A stretch of DNA of 64,000 nucleotides. Source: Phoronis australis. Lineage: Eukaryota > Animalia > Phoronida. The position numbers and the translations under genes were made by a program. Location of the stretch: contig NMRA01000160.1 of assembly GCA_002633005.1 (NCBI GenBank), forward strand, positions 62,001 to 126,000, written 5' to 3'. Under the pieces are notes generated by a model. The model had not been told where the DNA came from and ran no database searches. It worked only from the letters and a program-made list of their open reading frames with translations. Positions 27,701 through 42,700 of this stretch are shown one piece after another. Every line of letters begins with the position of its first letter. The stretch's first letter is position 1.

Positions 27701-30700
27701 AATCTTTTTCAAGATGTGTTACAAACAATCTTAACCTAATTGCACTCCAGTTACAGTAGTAAAGACTTTTTATCTGAGTAATCCACTGACCAATTTTCCA
27801 ATCTAGATGTGGACAACTGTATATAGAGTAGGCATCGATGTACTAATCTTGGATCCTGTGAACATACCGTTGTTCAGGGACGAAACTAAATTATAAGCTC
27901 ACGATAAACACAATTTCTTACAGGAATGAATAATCACCAGTGCTTGAAATTTGAAGCCGCTAAAACCGAAATATGAATCTTGGTTTAGACAACTTACTGT
28001 CTTGAAATTGATCTTGAGTTGCCCCTTATTCAAATTTGAGGTGATTCCAGAGCTTTGACAGAACTTACAGTTGGTTGTTAGTTGAGACCATTCTCTTCAA
28101 GTTGGCTTGTTACGGTGTATCATGTTATGCACTGAGCATGATTTTGAGGAACTGGATTTGTTTTGCTAAATCCCAGAAATTTCTTCTCATATGATTTTCG
28201 TCCAATTTTATAGTGGCAATTGGTCTGAATCAAACGTTTCTTGTACAGAATGCGGGGTTTCGGCCACTTAAGATATGGAAGAAATGCAGGTTAGGGTAAC
28301 ACCATTTGGCAGTTATGGAAATTAAAAAATATTGAATATTGTGAGTAACGACTGATAATGCATCAGAAATGACAATTCGTAAAAAATCAATTGGTTGAGA
28401 CCTGTGAATAACCACCATAGATTGAACATGCAAGATACAAGTGTCAAATTGCATTGATTAGTTTTAAAATATCTAACCCAACTGATTCTATTAGCAAGTA
28501 CTAATAGTCTATCTGTCCGTCAGACTGCGTAATATTTCTGTTGAATAGATATGATCTCTTGATTGACCTATTTCAGGTTGAGTTTGCAGATGGTGCGAAG
28601 GTGGCGCAGATCGTGTTGACCATTAAAGATGACCAGCTTCCCGAACTGGACGAGCTGACCCTGGTCAAACTGACCACTGTACAGAATGGGGGCACATCTC
28701 TGGCTGGAAGGGGTGCCAAGATAGGTAAGGATTATGCATCTCGCTTGGTGTCACTTGAGGGTTGGTGAAAGGGACATTATTGATTTTATGGCTGAAAGAT
28801 AAACTTCATGAAATTATTAGCTTTGATCAGAGATATAAACCAACAAAATCCATTGGGTTTCTGTGATTTTATTACAAATTCCCGATTCTAGCCACCATCT
28901 GCTGGACAGTTGCTACAATCAAGGCAGGTGACTTAAACCATTTAAATGGACGTCTGGTTTTCATTGTGTGAGGTTAAGCTCTGCCAGCAGATTACGGGCT
29001 CAGCCTGATCTCAGAAAATCTCTTTTCCAGCCCATAAGCCCTCTTTTAATGATTGGCCGTATTATGGTTATGTAGGAGGCTCTGTGTGTGAGTGTGCTTT
29101 CTGATTGATCTCTGTTCAAAATCTGCGTTCATTTGTATGTGTGCAACTGCTCATACTAAGTCTTCATAATGATTTCCATGTGTTGATTAAATGAACTGTC
29201 TTACAGTTCATAAAGATACAAAACATTTCTAGAAATTTTCAGCTTCTCAGTGCAATGGCTGAAGGCTTCTTAAGTTGGCGTGTTGAACTGCCTTCAGATG
29301 TCATTTGTGTATAGGGCAGGTTAAGTCTTCTTTTCTCCAGTATTTAGACCATCAAAGTTCTTTCATCAATTTCAATCATCAATCGCATGGCAAGGTTTGA
29401 GTAAACTCCTGGAATTTCTCACAATTTTGTGTATGGTCAAATTTTAAGTCGAGTATTATCGTAGACTCTTAAATGTTAAATGAAACCGCTTCTCAAATTC
29501 TTTACATTGAATTGTTTTTCATTTCCCTGACTTTTCAGTCATAGGTAGCCAGTCTGTATGTACACACCACTGAATGTTGTTTACGGTCTACTGCATGCTC
29601 TCACAGGGTCTTACTGTGTGCATAGCTTGACACGTTTGGGCTAAAAACGTGGGAGGATAGCGAGATATGTTACTTCTTGCTCCAGAAATTCTGAGTAGTT
29701 CTTAGTATACTACTACAGACCATAAGTGAACAGATCGCTAGAGAAATAGGTTTTTGACGTTTTGAGTTATCCGTGTTTCCCACTGTGTTAACTATTTTTT
29801 GTCTCGTGTTTTGATTTCTTTGTACTTGCTTGAATTGAAGAAAAATTGAAATTAAAAACATTGTGAGTGGACGTCCTATCAGTCTCAGTGACTATCATTT
29901 TGTCAGTGCTTGCCTGCTGAAGTCTCTTGCTTACTCACAAAACACCAGCAATGTCTTGCATGATTCCAAACTCGCGAGTTATTTGCTTTTATTGATCGCC
30001 AAGATTTTTCACTCAACAGCATGGCTGTCAATTCTCACGGAAGTCCAAATTCTACTGCTTGTGAGTTGTTTGGTATCTTTTCACAAAGTTTAGTTTGTTC
30101 TTTTTGAGTTTAGGTTATTAACTATTTGCTCGTGTCTTATTATAGAAATTTGTATTAGATGTTGCCAAGTCTAATGTCGTTCATTTGCTGCAATTTTACT
30201 AACTACATCTAATTACTAATTACTAATTAGAGTTAATACCACCTTTCTGTGCAACCTGAAGACTGTTGCAATGTAAAGACTTGTCTTCTCGATGTGTCGC
30301 ACTGAAATTTTGAAAATTCAACCCAGGCCTTTGCTATAGTTTGAACTTTGACCTCTTGTTTTGACCCAGGTCAGCGCGACACTGCCAGGTTGACCGTGCT
30401 AGCCAACGATTCTCCCCATGGTGTAGTGTCCTGGGAGCGTACCACTGTGACTACAACTGAACCAGAGGGATCAGACACAACTGTGATGCTCCACCTAGTG
30501 AGGGAACAGGGAACTCAGGGAAAGATTGAAATCACTTATGTGTGAGTGGGGTGGTGGAGTATGCTTGGTCAAGAAATAATTTTAAATATTTTGATTAAAT
30601 ATTCCTGAGCTCAAGTACTTGTCAAAAATGAACTGACTTTAACATTATGTTCAGAGGTCCTTAATTGGCGTGAGTTTAAATCTGCGTGGGTTGACATGAC

Positions 30701-33700
30701 TGAACAAGCAAGAAATTTGATGAAGTTTTGATGTGCAAATCTGTGACTGAATGTATTTTCCTTTCGGCAAGAACGCTTTACAATTTGGGCTCAATCTCGA
30801 GAAAATCTTAAAATGTGTTGCTCCACGCATTTTGCTGAAATTACAAGTTGCCTCGCAAGCCCATTCACAGGTAAACAGTTAGAGAGTAAGTGCAATGATG
30901 TCACGTTAAACTCTGATTGAAATTCGACAACAATGCCATTTTATTGTTACAAAAAGTTAGACTACACTGCCAAATAATTCTGGCAAAAATTGTCCAAGTT
31001 TTTCAGTCTCTGAGTTTTGTCAAGTTTCACTAGTAGTTTATTCTGAAAATTGTACATGAGGGAAATAATGAACGGACTTGGGGATGGATTTATACCTAGA
31101 AGGGTAATAGCTACAAGACTGCGGTATTATAATGAAATTTTAACATTTTCTTAGAACTTATTAATCAGACTCATTTTTCTATAGAAACGGTAATAACAAG
31201 ATATCACGTTGTTAGCTTTGGCACTGTTTCCTGAGCAAAACTTGACTCTGGTTTCACTGTTTCGTAGGACTGCCCGTGACACCTCTCTACCAACCAATCA
31301 GCAGGCAGTGTCAGGTCAGGACTATGTGTCCACTCAAGCAGTGGTTACCATGGACAACGGGGTGCAGAAAGCATCGGTTGAGATTGGTATTAAAGCAGTA
31401 AGTACTTAATTTTGGATTTTTTTTCTTGTTGTGTTGTTGTTGTTGTTGTTGTTGTTGTGTTCTTCTTGTTGTGTTCTTGTTGTTGTGTTCTTGTTGTGTT
31501 CTTGTTGTTGTGTTCTTGTTGTTGTTATTTCTATACCTTGCTATGGTAAAATCTTTTCAATCTATGACAAAACATGGCTGACAATTGAAATTTTATTTTA
31601 TTAATTTCTTCCTTGAAACACAATGTAACACAATGTAACACCAGATGAAACAATTTTCTATGTTCACGTCTTATACAACAGCTGCTATCAAACAAATTTT
31701 TTTAAAAGTTTGGGCGTTCACGATGATGTTAGAAGCCTTAATTTTGAAAAATGAGCACTTAAGCAATTTTTTGTCCAAAATTTGTGAGATTTCGCCTTGC
31801 AATGATAAACGTTCTAGCCTTGATAAAAGTTTTGACAACTGTTAAACTTCATTCATAGGACAATGAACCTGAAGCTGCAGAGACTTTCCTTGTGGATGTT
31901 ACTGCCGTAAAGTTGGTTGGAGGTACAACTCAGCCAGGAGCGGCACCTAGCATCAAACAGACCGCTCGAAAATGTGCCGTGACAATCACAGAGAATGACA
32001 ATGCCAGGGGCGTAATTGAGTTTAATGTCACCAGGGTAAGTTTTAAAATGTATAAAATTTGTCATTCAGATTCACTTAAAACTACCATGATATTAACCCA
32101 CCTTTTTCAGTGCAGTTTGAGAGCTTCATAGAATTTGATATCATGACTGATTCGAGAATTTCATTTGAATTTATTAATCATCATAATGAATGCTACTTGC
32201 TGATTTAAAAAAAATGATGTTCTAGGATGCTGACCAAACAGTGAAGACGTATGAAAGCGTCGGCAAAAACACCTTGCTCAAGTTGACCGTTCTGCGCAGT
32301 ATTGGTTTCTTCGGAGCTGTGACTGTCACATGGCAGACCTCACCACGAACGGCTGATAACTTTGACTTTGCGCCACCTGGTGGTGACCTCAAGTTCAGCG
32401 AAGGACAGAAGACGGCTGATATCGAGATCTATATCATTGATGATCAAATAGCTGAACCTATTGAGGTAGGATTTAGTGGTCATTTTATTACACAAATGTC
32501 TTGTTCATCAACTTGTGTCATTTCCTAATTATAAACGGGCGCAAAGTTGTAATATGTCATTTAACTTTTAGTTTTATGTTAATGAAATAGTTTTGTGTAT
32601 AAATCTTATACTGTATATTGTGGGATTGTACTGATATTGAACATTTTTTAATTATATTTTTCCAGCATTTCTGGTATGTGTTATTGTGTTAATGTGTTTA
32701 CTCAGTGGACAATCCTGTGCAAATTGAGTTCGTAATATGTCCTGTTTTAACTACTGGTAATAGAAGTTATACAATCTAACCATGATTGCATTGTTTCTAG
32801 ACATTTGATGTGGAGCTAGTGAAGGTGACAGGTGGCGCCATCTTAGGAGCAGACGCCCAAGTGCGTGTGTCAATCATCAAGAATGACTCGCCCAATGGAA
32901 TGTTTGAGTTCGACGTCACTCAGAAGTCTGTGCGGGAGGCGAAGTCAGAGACTGATCCCCTGGGAACAGTCAATTTTGATGTGGTCCGCACGCAGGGCTC
33001 AAATGGCTTGGTGGTCGTGGAATGGAGGTTAGAGGCTGCAGCTCAGAATGACTTTTTGGAACCGCATTCTGGAAGACTCACGTTTGGAGCGGTAGGGAAC
33101 TTATTTAAAAGTTATTGTAAAGTTGTTGCTTGTGATCATAATTATGTTTTTGTTGTGATATTTGAATCGGTGCTGATTGAGCGAGTTTATCTGTGTGTTT
33201 CGCAACCTAGGTTAGAGCGTGTCGACTTGGTTTTTGGAAGCCAGATTGTCTTGCAGTAATAATTTCTGTGTTAGACATGGCACAGACAAGAAGCCATGCA
33301 CTCAACCAACTGCCTAAAATACTACTGAGCTAAGCACATAGTTCAAGGCATGAAAATAAGATATCAAGTTGCCTAACATATTTCACTGACCTTTTCCTTT
33401 GTTTGCGTGACATTGGCATGGAGCTATGTGCTTAGCTTATTAGGGGCCCTCCTTTGGTACAGGAGCCCCTCGAAAGTTGTGGCGATGAGGGGTCAAAAAT
33501 TGCTTATATTGTGTCCTCATGTATGCGGAAGATTTAATATAATTAATAATATAATGTTATTAGTTCTCAATGCAGATGGCTCGTAATCATCCGATTACCA
33601 AACTTGCCCCTGTTGTCTGCTCCTGATACAGTTGTGTGGTACTTCCAGGGGGAGACTAGGAAATCTATACAATTAAAAACCAAACCTGATGCCATTTTGG

Positions 33701-36700
33701 AGGGTGAGGAGCGGTTCGCCATCTCACTTGTCTCTGCTACTAACAACGGAGATATTTCACCTACGAATGGGGATGCCACCATCGTCATCTTACCAGATGA
33801 TGGCGCCAGTGGAATAGTGGCCATCTTGCCCGAGTATCGCTCCGTTTTGATTGGTGAACCAAGTGCTGTTTACAGAGGTGAGTGTGATTGACTGCTTGGA
33901 ATTTCGAAAAATAGTACGATCTTGTTCTTTTGATTTCTGAAACAAAAACTATGTATTGTGTTGTTAGATATTTTGCTTAATGTTCGTTTGATTGTTATAA
34001 GTTTTTATTTTAAAAATAATTGTTGTATATAAGGCAATTCTGTAGTCAATTATTTCTCATATTACCAAAAGTAACATTTTAAGGCTCTTAAGGGTCTTTT
34101 TACTAAGCTATTCAGTAAAAACTATGTAAGTTAAAATTATAGTAAGTTTAGTTTGCTTAGAACTTTGACTATACAAATTTCCATGTGTCAGCCATACTGT
34201 GTGCTAAAAAGGAAAACAATTACCATGGAGTCCAGATATTGCCTAACACCAACTTTTTAATTGGGCCACTTAACACAAACTCACTATCGTTATTGTGTCA
34301 CTTCATTCTGAACATGGTGTGATATAGTCTCCTTATTGGCATGTTAACAAATGGACATTTAGAAGAAATTTTGCAAAACGGTTACACTGCTTGAAAATAG
34401 CATTATTCCCATTAAGAAATGAGACGGCCTGTAGTTTTGGCCTGACCTGGTTATAGAACATGTTTTTTAAAGCCTGCTTAGTGGGGCTTGTTTGCTCTGT
34501 TTGTCTTCAGTTGTTAGTATATTTACTAAACATTGATTTCTTACTGAATAGTCCAACCTCTTTGATCCATTTTCCATGTCACTAAACTGTCTTTGGAGAA
34601 TCACTTCCTGTTTTGCCTCTTCACAGGCCGTGCCCGGATTGACCTCACTCGAGGCGTAGGAATATTTGGTCGTGTGCGTGTAGAGTGGGGCATTACGCCC
34701 CGAGATCTCACTGCGTTCACTGCCGTCAATGGTGCAGTCTTCTTTGAGGATGGTCAGCAAGTGACCAGCATCGAAATCCAAGCCAAGGATGACTCAGTAC
34801 CAGAGATCAAGAGATTATTCACTCTAGAGATTCTCTCTGTAGAGGACGGCGCCAAGACATCGTCTGCTCCTGGCGCCACCATGGCCTCCATCTTGTTTGT
34901 GGCCAGCGACTACCCGCATGGCTCATTTGAGTTCCAGTCTCCTGCACAAGTCAATGTATCTGAGGATTCCGTTCAGGTGAGTTTAGAGTGCTTTTGTAGG
35001 TATTTTTCAATTGAATTGTCATTATGCTTTGCCAAATTAGTTAGAAACACAATATATAGTGACGATATGAATATGAAGTAGGTTGAAAATTGACAAATGT
35101 TTTTAAGAACGAGTTGTATGGCGGAAATAATTCACTGCGAAACACTGAACCATGTCCAGTAAGTATCGAGACGTGGTTCTGGGGAATAACACTGTATGAT
35201 GTGGGCGATGTGAGCCCATGAGGTGTGTCATTAGTGCAAAGGCCACCTATTTGCAGATTTTTTTTTGTTTTCACATTTACAAGTTGTCAGTTGATACAAC
35301 TGCACTTTGTTTAGCATAGATTATGTTAAAATAACACAGACTGTTGTTTAGTTCCCGTTATACATAAATAGAACGTGTCAATCCCTTTCAAACTGATATT
35401 ACCAAAATGTTGTTACAGGCTTTTGCAGAGTTAGAAGTGGGTATGAGTTAATTCAGTCTCTTCATCGCTCTCTCTTTTTTCCACCAGGTGTCACTCACCA
35501 TCATGCGAAACTGGGGCAGTATAGGTCAAGTGCGTGTCGGCTACACTACCTCCCCTGGGACAGCCACAGCTGGCCAGGACTTTGATGCTGCGACAGGGTC
35601 GCTGACCTTCTCCAATGGTCAAACACAGCAGATGGTGGTCATCCGTCTGAAGGGAGATAACCTCCCAGAAGGTCCCGAGGCATTCTACGTGAATCTGACC
35701 AGTGTTGAGCTCCAGAGCCCTGCGTAAGTGACATTTTTATTTAAAGTCGCATGACTCAATTCTAGCCGAGTTGCAGTCTATCCCTCGCAGTTGCAAACGC
35801 GACTCTGTTAATGAAGCAAAATTATCATCCCTCGGTGTTCAGTTTTGGTAAGAATCTTCATTCATGATGCTCATTCATTATTTGGCATCAGAGATACACT
35901 AATTAGTGTAATGCATTTGTTGATAAGAGCGACCCCTGGCTTGTAGATTCGATTATATAGTTCACTAGTTATTGATTATAATGATGATAAGTTGGGTACT
36001 CTTTAATAGAATACGGTACAATCTCATCAAATTCAGACGAAAAATTGTCAAAATTATTTTTGATTCATTTTCATAAGGCTTCTGAAATTGCTGTGAACGT
36101 CCATAGTTTTTCAAAATATTGTCTATTGTATAGAACGCATTACTGATGAAGTCTTTATTTTGTGCTAAAAGGGCGGCAAAAATTTTAATTACAGAATGAC
36201 TTAGCCACCGTCCTACTCTTGCTGTGGCAATGAGTTAGGTTTCTGTTAAGCGGTCAAGATGGTTGGATTCCAGGTCATTTTGTCTGAATACTTGTGGCTT
36301 GTACTGTACATAATCTTAAATTGGCTGTAGTACATTTTGTTGTTCAGCTGGCTATTATTGAATGTAAATGATGTGTTTAGTGACAACAACTACACTGTGG
36401 TGAATGGGCTCCAACAAGACATGGCCCCTGTCCTGGGACAGCTGTCAGTCAAGACCATCATCATTGACAAGAATGACAACGCCGAGGGGACTCTGACCTT
36501 TGACATAGCAGCTGTCAACTTCCAAGGTATGGTGTCGTGACAATGGTAATGAGGATTTTGAAATTCACTAGGTGGCGCTGTGACCTTGGTGCAACGCTGT
36601 ATAATTATACAGCTTAGCACCACTGTGTGGAAAAAATGGCCGAATAAAACGTGACACAGAATTAATTACATGAAAAGCTACCTACACTGTTCCATATTTC

Positions 36701-39700
36701 CAGTATTTAAAAGCATGAGAGTATTTCGTGGGACAAAGGAGAGTTTTATCACAGTGTGATCCAGGACAGTTTTGGTGCTGAATTGATATAATATTGGGAA
36801 CCAGTTGGTACGGTATTCTGAAATTCACATAAAAGTTGGAAATTACGACATGCAGTGCAACAGGCTGGCTTTATTAAAAGCATTCTGAGCACTTAATGTT
36901 CTGTGGCACACAATAGTGTGAGATGTATTTTGTTATTTTTTGTTATTTCATTTACCAAAATAAATAAATTTTCTTGTTCTTAACAGTTCAAGATAACTAT
37001 ATCCATGATCCTATTCTTGTAGGTGGTTTTTGGTTGCATTTAACAAATGTCTCATTTAATGTTGCGTCCGTATATGCTTCTTTATGCCTTTAAATATGTA
37101 ATAGCAACTTTTTGCTTGTCAGATCTATTCTGCACAGTTTTATCATCGATGTCAGATGCAATATGAATATGTTTACATAATCCAAATTCTTTCAGTTGCT
37201 GAAGACATTGGAATTGCACGCATCCCGGTGATACGACAGGGTGGTTCGTTTGGTCCTGTGGGTGTGCGCTACACATCGCGTAACCTTACGGCCGAGAAGG
37301 GCGTGGACTACATTCTGAATGACGGTGTGGTTCAGTTTGGTAACGGCATGGTCTATAATACTATCAACGTAACCATCAGAGATGACCCTGACCAGGAGAT
37401 GGGGGAACAACTAGAAGTCAAACTGACTGAGGCATTAGGTGAGTGCAGCACATACGTCATTTGGAGCAGATAGAGAAATAGATTTTGAAGTGATCTCAGT
37501 GGTTCTTTTCACGTAAAAGGCAGGAGGATGTTGCCGCACAAACAAAAGCCAGACCAGCGCAGTTACCCTAGCAACCCAGCTAGCGGGTACCTGAGATGAT
37601 AATGTTTAAAAGCCTTACTCGAACCAATACCCCTTTTGTCAACGCCATAGTCCCTACTCTAGTTGGCAGCATAATTATCAAAATAATCAAAATACAATCC
37701 TTCTAATCTTGTCTAAGCAAACCTCCCCCCCTTCCCCGAATATAACTGGCGTACAGGTAAACAAACTTGTAGAGATATCTGTGAGAAGAGTGTTGAGGTG
37801 TGATACAAAGCAGACGATTTAAGAGATTTTATGTTATTGTTCCCCACTGTTCCGGTTTCACAAAATTACATTCAATGGCATTATGTACTAGAGAGCATTT
37901 TTCTGTGGTTGTGGGTAAGAATAATTGTAATTTCATCTGCACATGGGCTGACAGATAGTTCAGTATGTCGTGCATAGAGGGGTCTGTGATTGAAGTGTTA
38001 GGTCACACTAACTCAGTGGCGTGGTCGCTGAACGATAACACCTGGCTGCTTTCTTGAGTATTTAGTACTCACCTGTAGAATGCCATCAGTCTGGTTTTGT
38101 AATTAATTATTACGTCCTTGATAACACTTCAATTTAAAACACAATACGGCAGAACAGTTTTATTTTTTTTTGAAATTTCTCAAGAAAGCTGGGAAGAAAT
38201 TTTTTTACATATTCTCAGCAACGTTTGTATTGTACCACCGTAACCAAGACATTGGAAATCACAACTTTTAGCAGGCACCAAGCTTTATTGAAAAAGTGAA
38301 AAAAAGACAATTTCGTATTTGAAGAAACATGGCATGTCTTGGCCATGTTGTGAAGATTACTCCATTGTGTTGTTTTCTGTGTTTACCATAATAATGCTTT
38401 GTCTCGCCAACAGGTGGCGCCAGCCTTGGTGACCATAAGATCTCTGTGGTGACCATATTAAAGTCGGACTATCCCAATGGAAAGTTTGGCTTCACTCAGC
38501 AAACCGAGATGATCATACCCAATCCAGTTAGCAACAGAGAACTTCAATTTACAATTGCGCGCACGGAAGGATTCAAGAAGAAACAAATAGTAAGTTTTTT
38601 TAATTTGAAAACGATTTAGACATCGCAGATATTCTCCCCAAATTAACCCACCCCCGCCACCTAGACAAAAGTCAGCTGCAGTCATGACCNCTAATAATGT
38701 TGTAGGGAGACAATCCACAGCTTTCCTCAATTGTTCTTGTATCTCAGTTTTCGAGCTGATCAGAGGATTTAGTACTGACTGGAAGTCAACCTGCCTGATA
38801 CCTAGCGGTGTAGCCATGTGGCCACCATAATGTAATGTCACACCATGTTTATAGTGTAGTTCTATGTGGATTTCACACAAAAATGATATTTGCCAAAATT
38901 ATTGTTTTTATTTTCCAGGTTCCTAACGCTGATTACTTTGGTGCAATTGATTGATATAAAAAAAATAATTGCAGGCGGTCTGATACACGTTGTACCAGAC
39001 GTGCGCAGGTCTCGCATGTGGGCCCATTGCACTGATCACCTGGAAATATTTTTATGCTTTATTAATATATGGTTAAAACCGAGCTGAGGAGCTAGAAACC
39101 TGGCTCAAGGGTTTAGCAGTGTGACCTGGTGGGACTTGAACCCACGACCTCGAGTAAAGAAAGCGGGCACTTATCAACCAAGCCACACTGCCTCCTCTCA
39201 ATTGATTGATACTTACTAAACCAAATGTTGATTTATGACATTATATACAGTACAAACCAAGCTTAATAATAGACTAACGATCTTCTTTGTGTTTACGTTT
39301 GTGGATAATTTTGGCAAAATAAAACTTCAGCTGTTTACCACATTGAATGCCAAATAATTACCGTACTCTGAATTAATTAACTTTTTAATTAAACCAATCG
39401 TAGCTGGCAGATACTTCTTTGTGCACTAGGTCTTACCCGTGAGCACCAGTTTGTGTGTGATTCATGTTGAGGCCACCATTACAGAACGTCTGTTTTCAAG
39501 GTTGGGTGCAGTTAGCCGTAAAACATGTTAATGGTAGAACTGGGTGTCAATCTATTCAAAGCCTCTCTGTTGTTTGAGATGGCTATGTCTACTGGGCTGA
39601 AGTGTTCTGGGCATTACATGGTATTGTCGGGATGTTGTCATGGCTTTCTTGAGCCTGTTAACTAAGGTCCTGTAGAACTTTATTCACATGTTTGTGTATT

Positions 39701-42700
39701 TGGCCAAGTATATACAAAGTTATTAGATTTTAACTTGGTTTATTACCGGAAAGTGATAAGCCTGTAGAATTTGATTTTTGACTTTATACCAATCTGTCAT
39801 CAAGTCACGTGATCAATGTCTTTTTAGTAAAATTTACAAATGAGAAAGAAAGGTACGTTTTGTGCAGAAGAATTGAAGAATTATGTCACTTCCCTAAAAC
39901 AATACCAATGCTGAAAAAAATTAATTGACAATAGCCAATAACCTGGACCACAAAACTGGACAAAAGTACTGAGTAAATGATCCAGTTGTACACATGCATG
40001 CATTCAAAGCCTAGCTTTCTAGACCTGTTTGGGATATTTCACATGTGGATATTTTTAATGAAAAGATGCTTTTGGATATAGGTCTATGAGATTTCTTGTG
40101 AACTTAAATTTCTTCTAATATTTACTAATTGTGATCGCGCAATAAATAAGATATTGATGCAGAATATGACAACTGAGGATTCCTCTTTCAGAATAAGGTC
40201 CGCTTTTGTCTTTGAACAATTTTATTTTTTGAATAAAGGTCTCTGACAGAAAGTCTGGATTTTCTGGAAATATCCGATACTCCAATTGTGACGGTTTACT
40301 TTCAGTTGAAGTGGCAGATCATGGGGCCAGACAATGTTCAGAGGAAACTGGAAGAGACCAATGACATTGCCTACATTGTAAATGGGCGTGAGCTGACCCA
40401 GGGTCAAATGACATGGGAGGATCAGGAGGGAGGAGCTAAGTCGTTCAAGCTGACTGTCAAACCATATACGGACTGGGAGGTTCAGAAGATCTTCTTCATA
40501 CAGATCTACGACATCCAATCAGAGCCATCAGGGCCGGAGAATGGTGAAGTTAGCCCTACCAGTCATACTGTTAAACTGACGGTGAGTGACTATGTGGTTG
40601 TACGTCGTAGGAAAGTTGTGGACTTGTTTTAGCTATAGTTATCACATGAAAGTGATTGATTGATTAAAATGATTCATGAATTGAAATTAGATCTAATTAA
40701 CAAAGAGACACTAATGCGGGATATAGGTGACTGTAATTTATTAGTTGATTTGATAATAAGTTTTCTGCACTTTTTGGAGGGACGCGTCTTTGTAAAGACG
40801 ATCGGCTTAAGGTAAAAGTTTTCCATTTGAATCCAGTAGGAATTTTCAGTTAATATATGCCTTGTTCTCAGTTCACAGAATACATTACTCCCAATCCAAT
40901 GAAGCCATTCTCTCTGTGAGGTCACATGATGAACTCATGGTGATTTCCTGTTTCCATTTGTGTCCTTGCTTGACTATAGACAAAAACCTCATTTTGATTT
41001 TTCCATTCTAAGATATTCTTGCTAAACCTTAGCTGATTTGTTTGTTTTCTCCTTCTGAGGTCATGTGTTTAACTACGATTAGTTCAAACCGATTTGTATA
41101 ATATTCTCTTTTTTCGATATTACAGTTTTTGCTTAATCAAAGCTGATTCCGTCATTCTCTTTTTTTCTCTAGTCATGTGACTACCTAAATCTCAAACTGT
41201 CATTTGACAAGCAAAATCCAAACTGATGCGTCCTTTTTCCCTTTCTGTGGTCATGTGATCAGTCAAACAAGCTCTTCCCCAGGTTCTCAAGCATGGTGAC
41301 CCAAATGGCATCGTGCGGTTTGATGGTTTGGCTCAGGTGCCTAGAGAGGTTGAAGAACCGTCTGCTTCCCAAGGTGCAGTACAGATCAAACTGCCCATCT
41401 TCAGGTCTGAAGGCACAATTGGCACGCAGATGGTAAGATCAAACTTTTTCTGTTGTCTGAAAAATTCTTTGATTGCTTAGGGTGTGTTCAGTTTCTTATT
41501 TTGTCTTTTATTGGACTAACAGTTTAAGTATGGTCATTTTCTATTTAGTGAAAAGCTCCCGAAATCTGATTTTCAAGTTTTTGAGATGTTTCGACTGGTG
41601 GTACTGCCTTAGTTAACTGGCTAATTAGATGTACAGTAATGCTGTTATAGTTACTTAGTGCAATCATATAGTTATGGAATCATGTTTATAAGATCTTTAG
41701 TCACATAATTGACCACGAAGTATGCTCGTCACTTGTAATGCACGCATTTCCGCAGGTCCACTGGGAAGTGCGAGGGCCAGCCGGCACCGTGCCTGACATA
41801 GACCCCATGCTTGGCATCGCTCAAATTCCGGACGAGACTAGAAGGGGCGAGATCAGTCTGCGTATACTTCCTGATGACGTGGCCGAGTTGAGCGAAACGT
41901 TTCAAGTGGTGTTGAAGCTTATAGAGGGAGGAGCTGAAATCGACAAGACTAAGAACACGTCCACGTTAGTTATAAAGTGAGTTGATGGAGATCGCTACTG
42001 TGGTGCCACCTGTGATTTGGTAGTTTTATCACGATTATTAACGTTTTGTAAAAGAGCACTATTTGAAGTCCATGTGAACTTTATCCATCTGTACTTGAAG
42101 CTGAGCAAGAGCAGATGCCTTTTCTAGTCATGTTTTTTGTTTGTTGAATGCCCAGTTTTAAGTGTCTTTAACCAAGGTCAGTATGCTGTTGTTTGCTGTC
42201 CTGAAATATCATCATAATGATAAGAGATCGTTGCAACAGGATGAGGATTGAAAATGAAGGACATACATTGTTTATTATACAGTTGACGATAGTTAAAAAA
42301 CATTACATAAGACAAAATTGAAACCAGAAAGCATACAGAGAGAGAGGTGTTGTTTAAATCCAAGGTGGTGGTAACATATGTAGGTATAGGAAAACAACAG
42401 GCTCGTGGATGCCCACACACAAGTGTCATTATAACAAATTCAGAAGTATTTAGTATATCAGCAGTCAATACCACTGTTAAGTATTTATTTACTTCATTGA
42501 AAACCCAGGTGGAAAACAGACGGAATATAACATTTATCTATAATACAAGGAAATTTTCTGAAAATTTTGTTCCATAATTTCCCTTTTTGACGAGAAGAAA
42601 CTTTTCTCAGCTTTTTCAAACTGTTGTGGTTTGTTCATCAGGTACAATGACGACCCACATGGTGTGTTTAGCCTCGACCCCAAGTACCAATCTGTTATTG

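Noticed and set aside
38405-38422. CTCF-like ccaacaggtggcgcc (also near 26944)
   Set aside because: Explained by the splice acceptor and the recurrent (P)TGGA codons of Calx-beta repeats.
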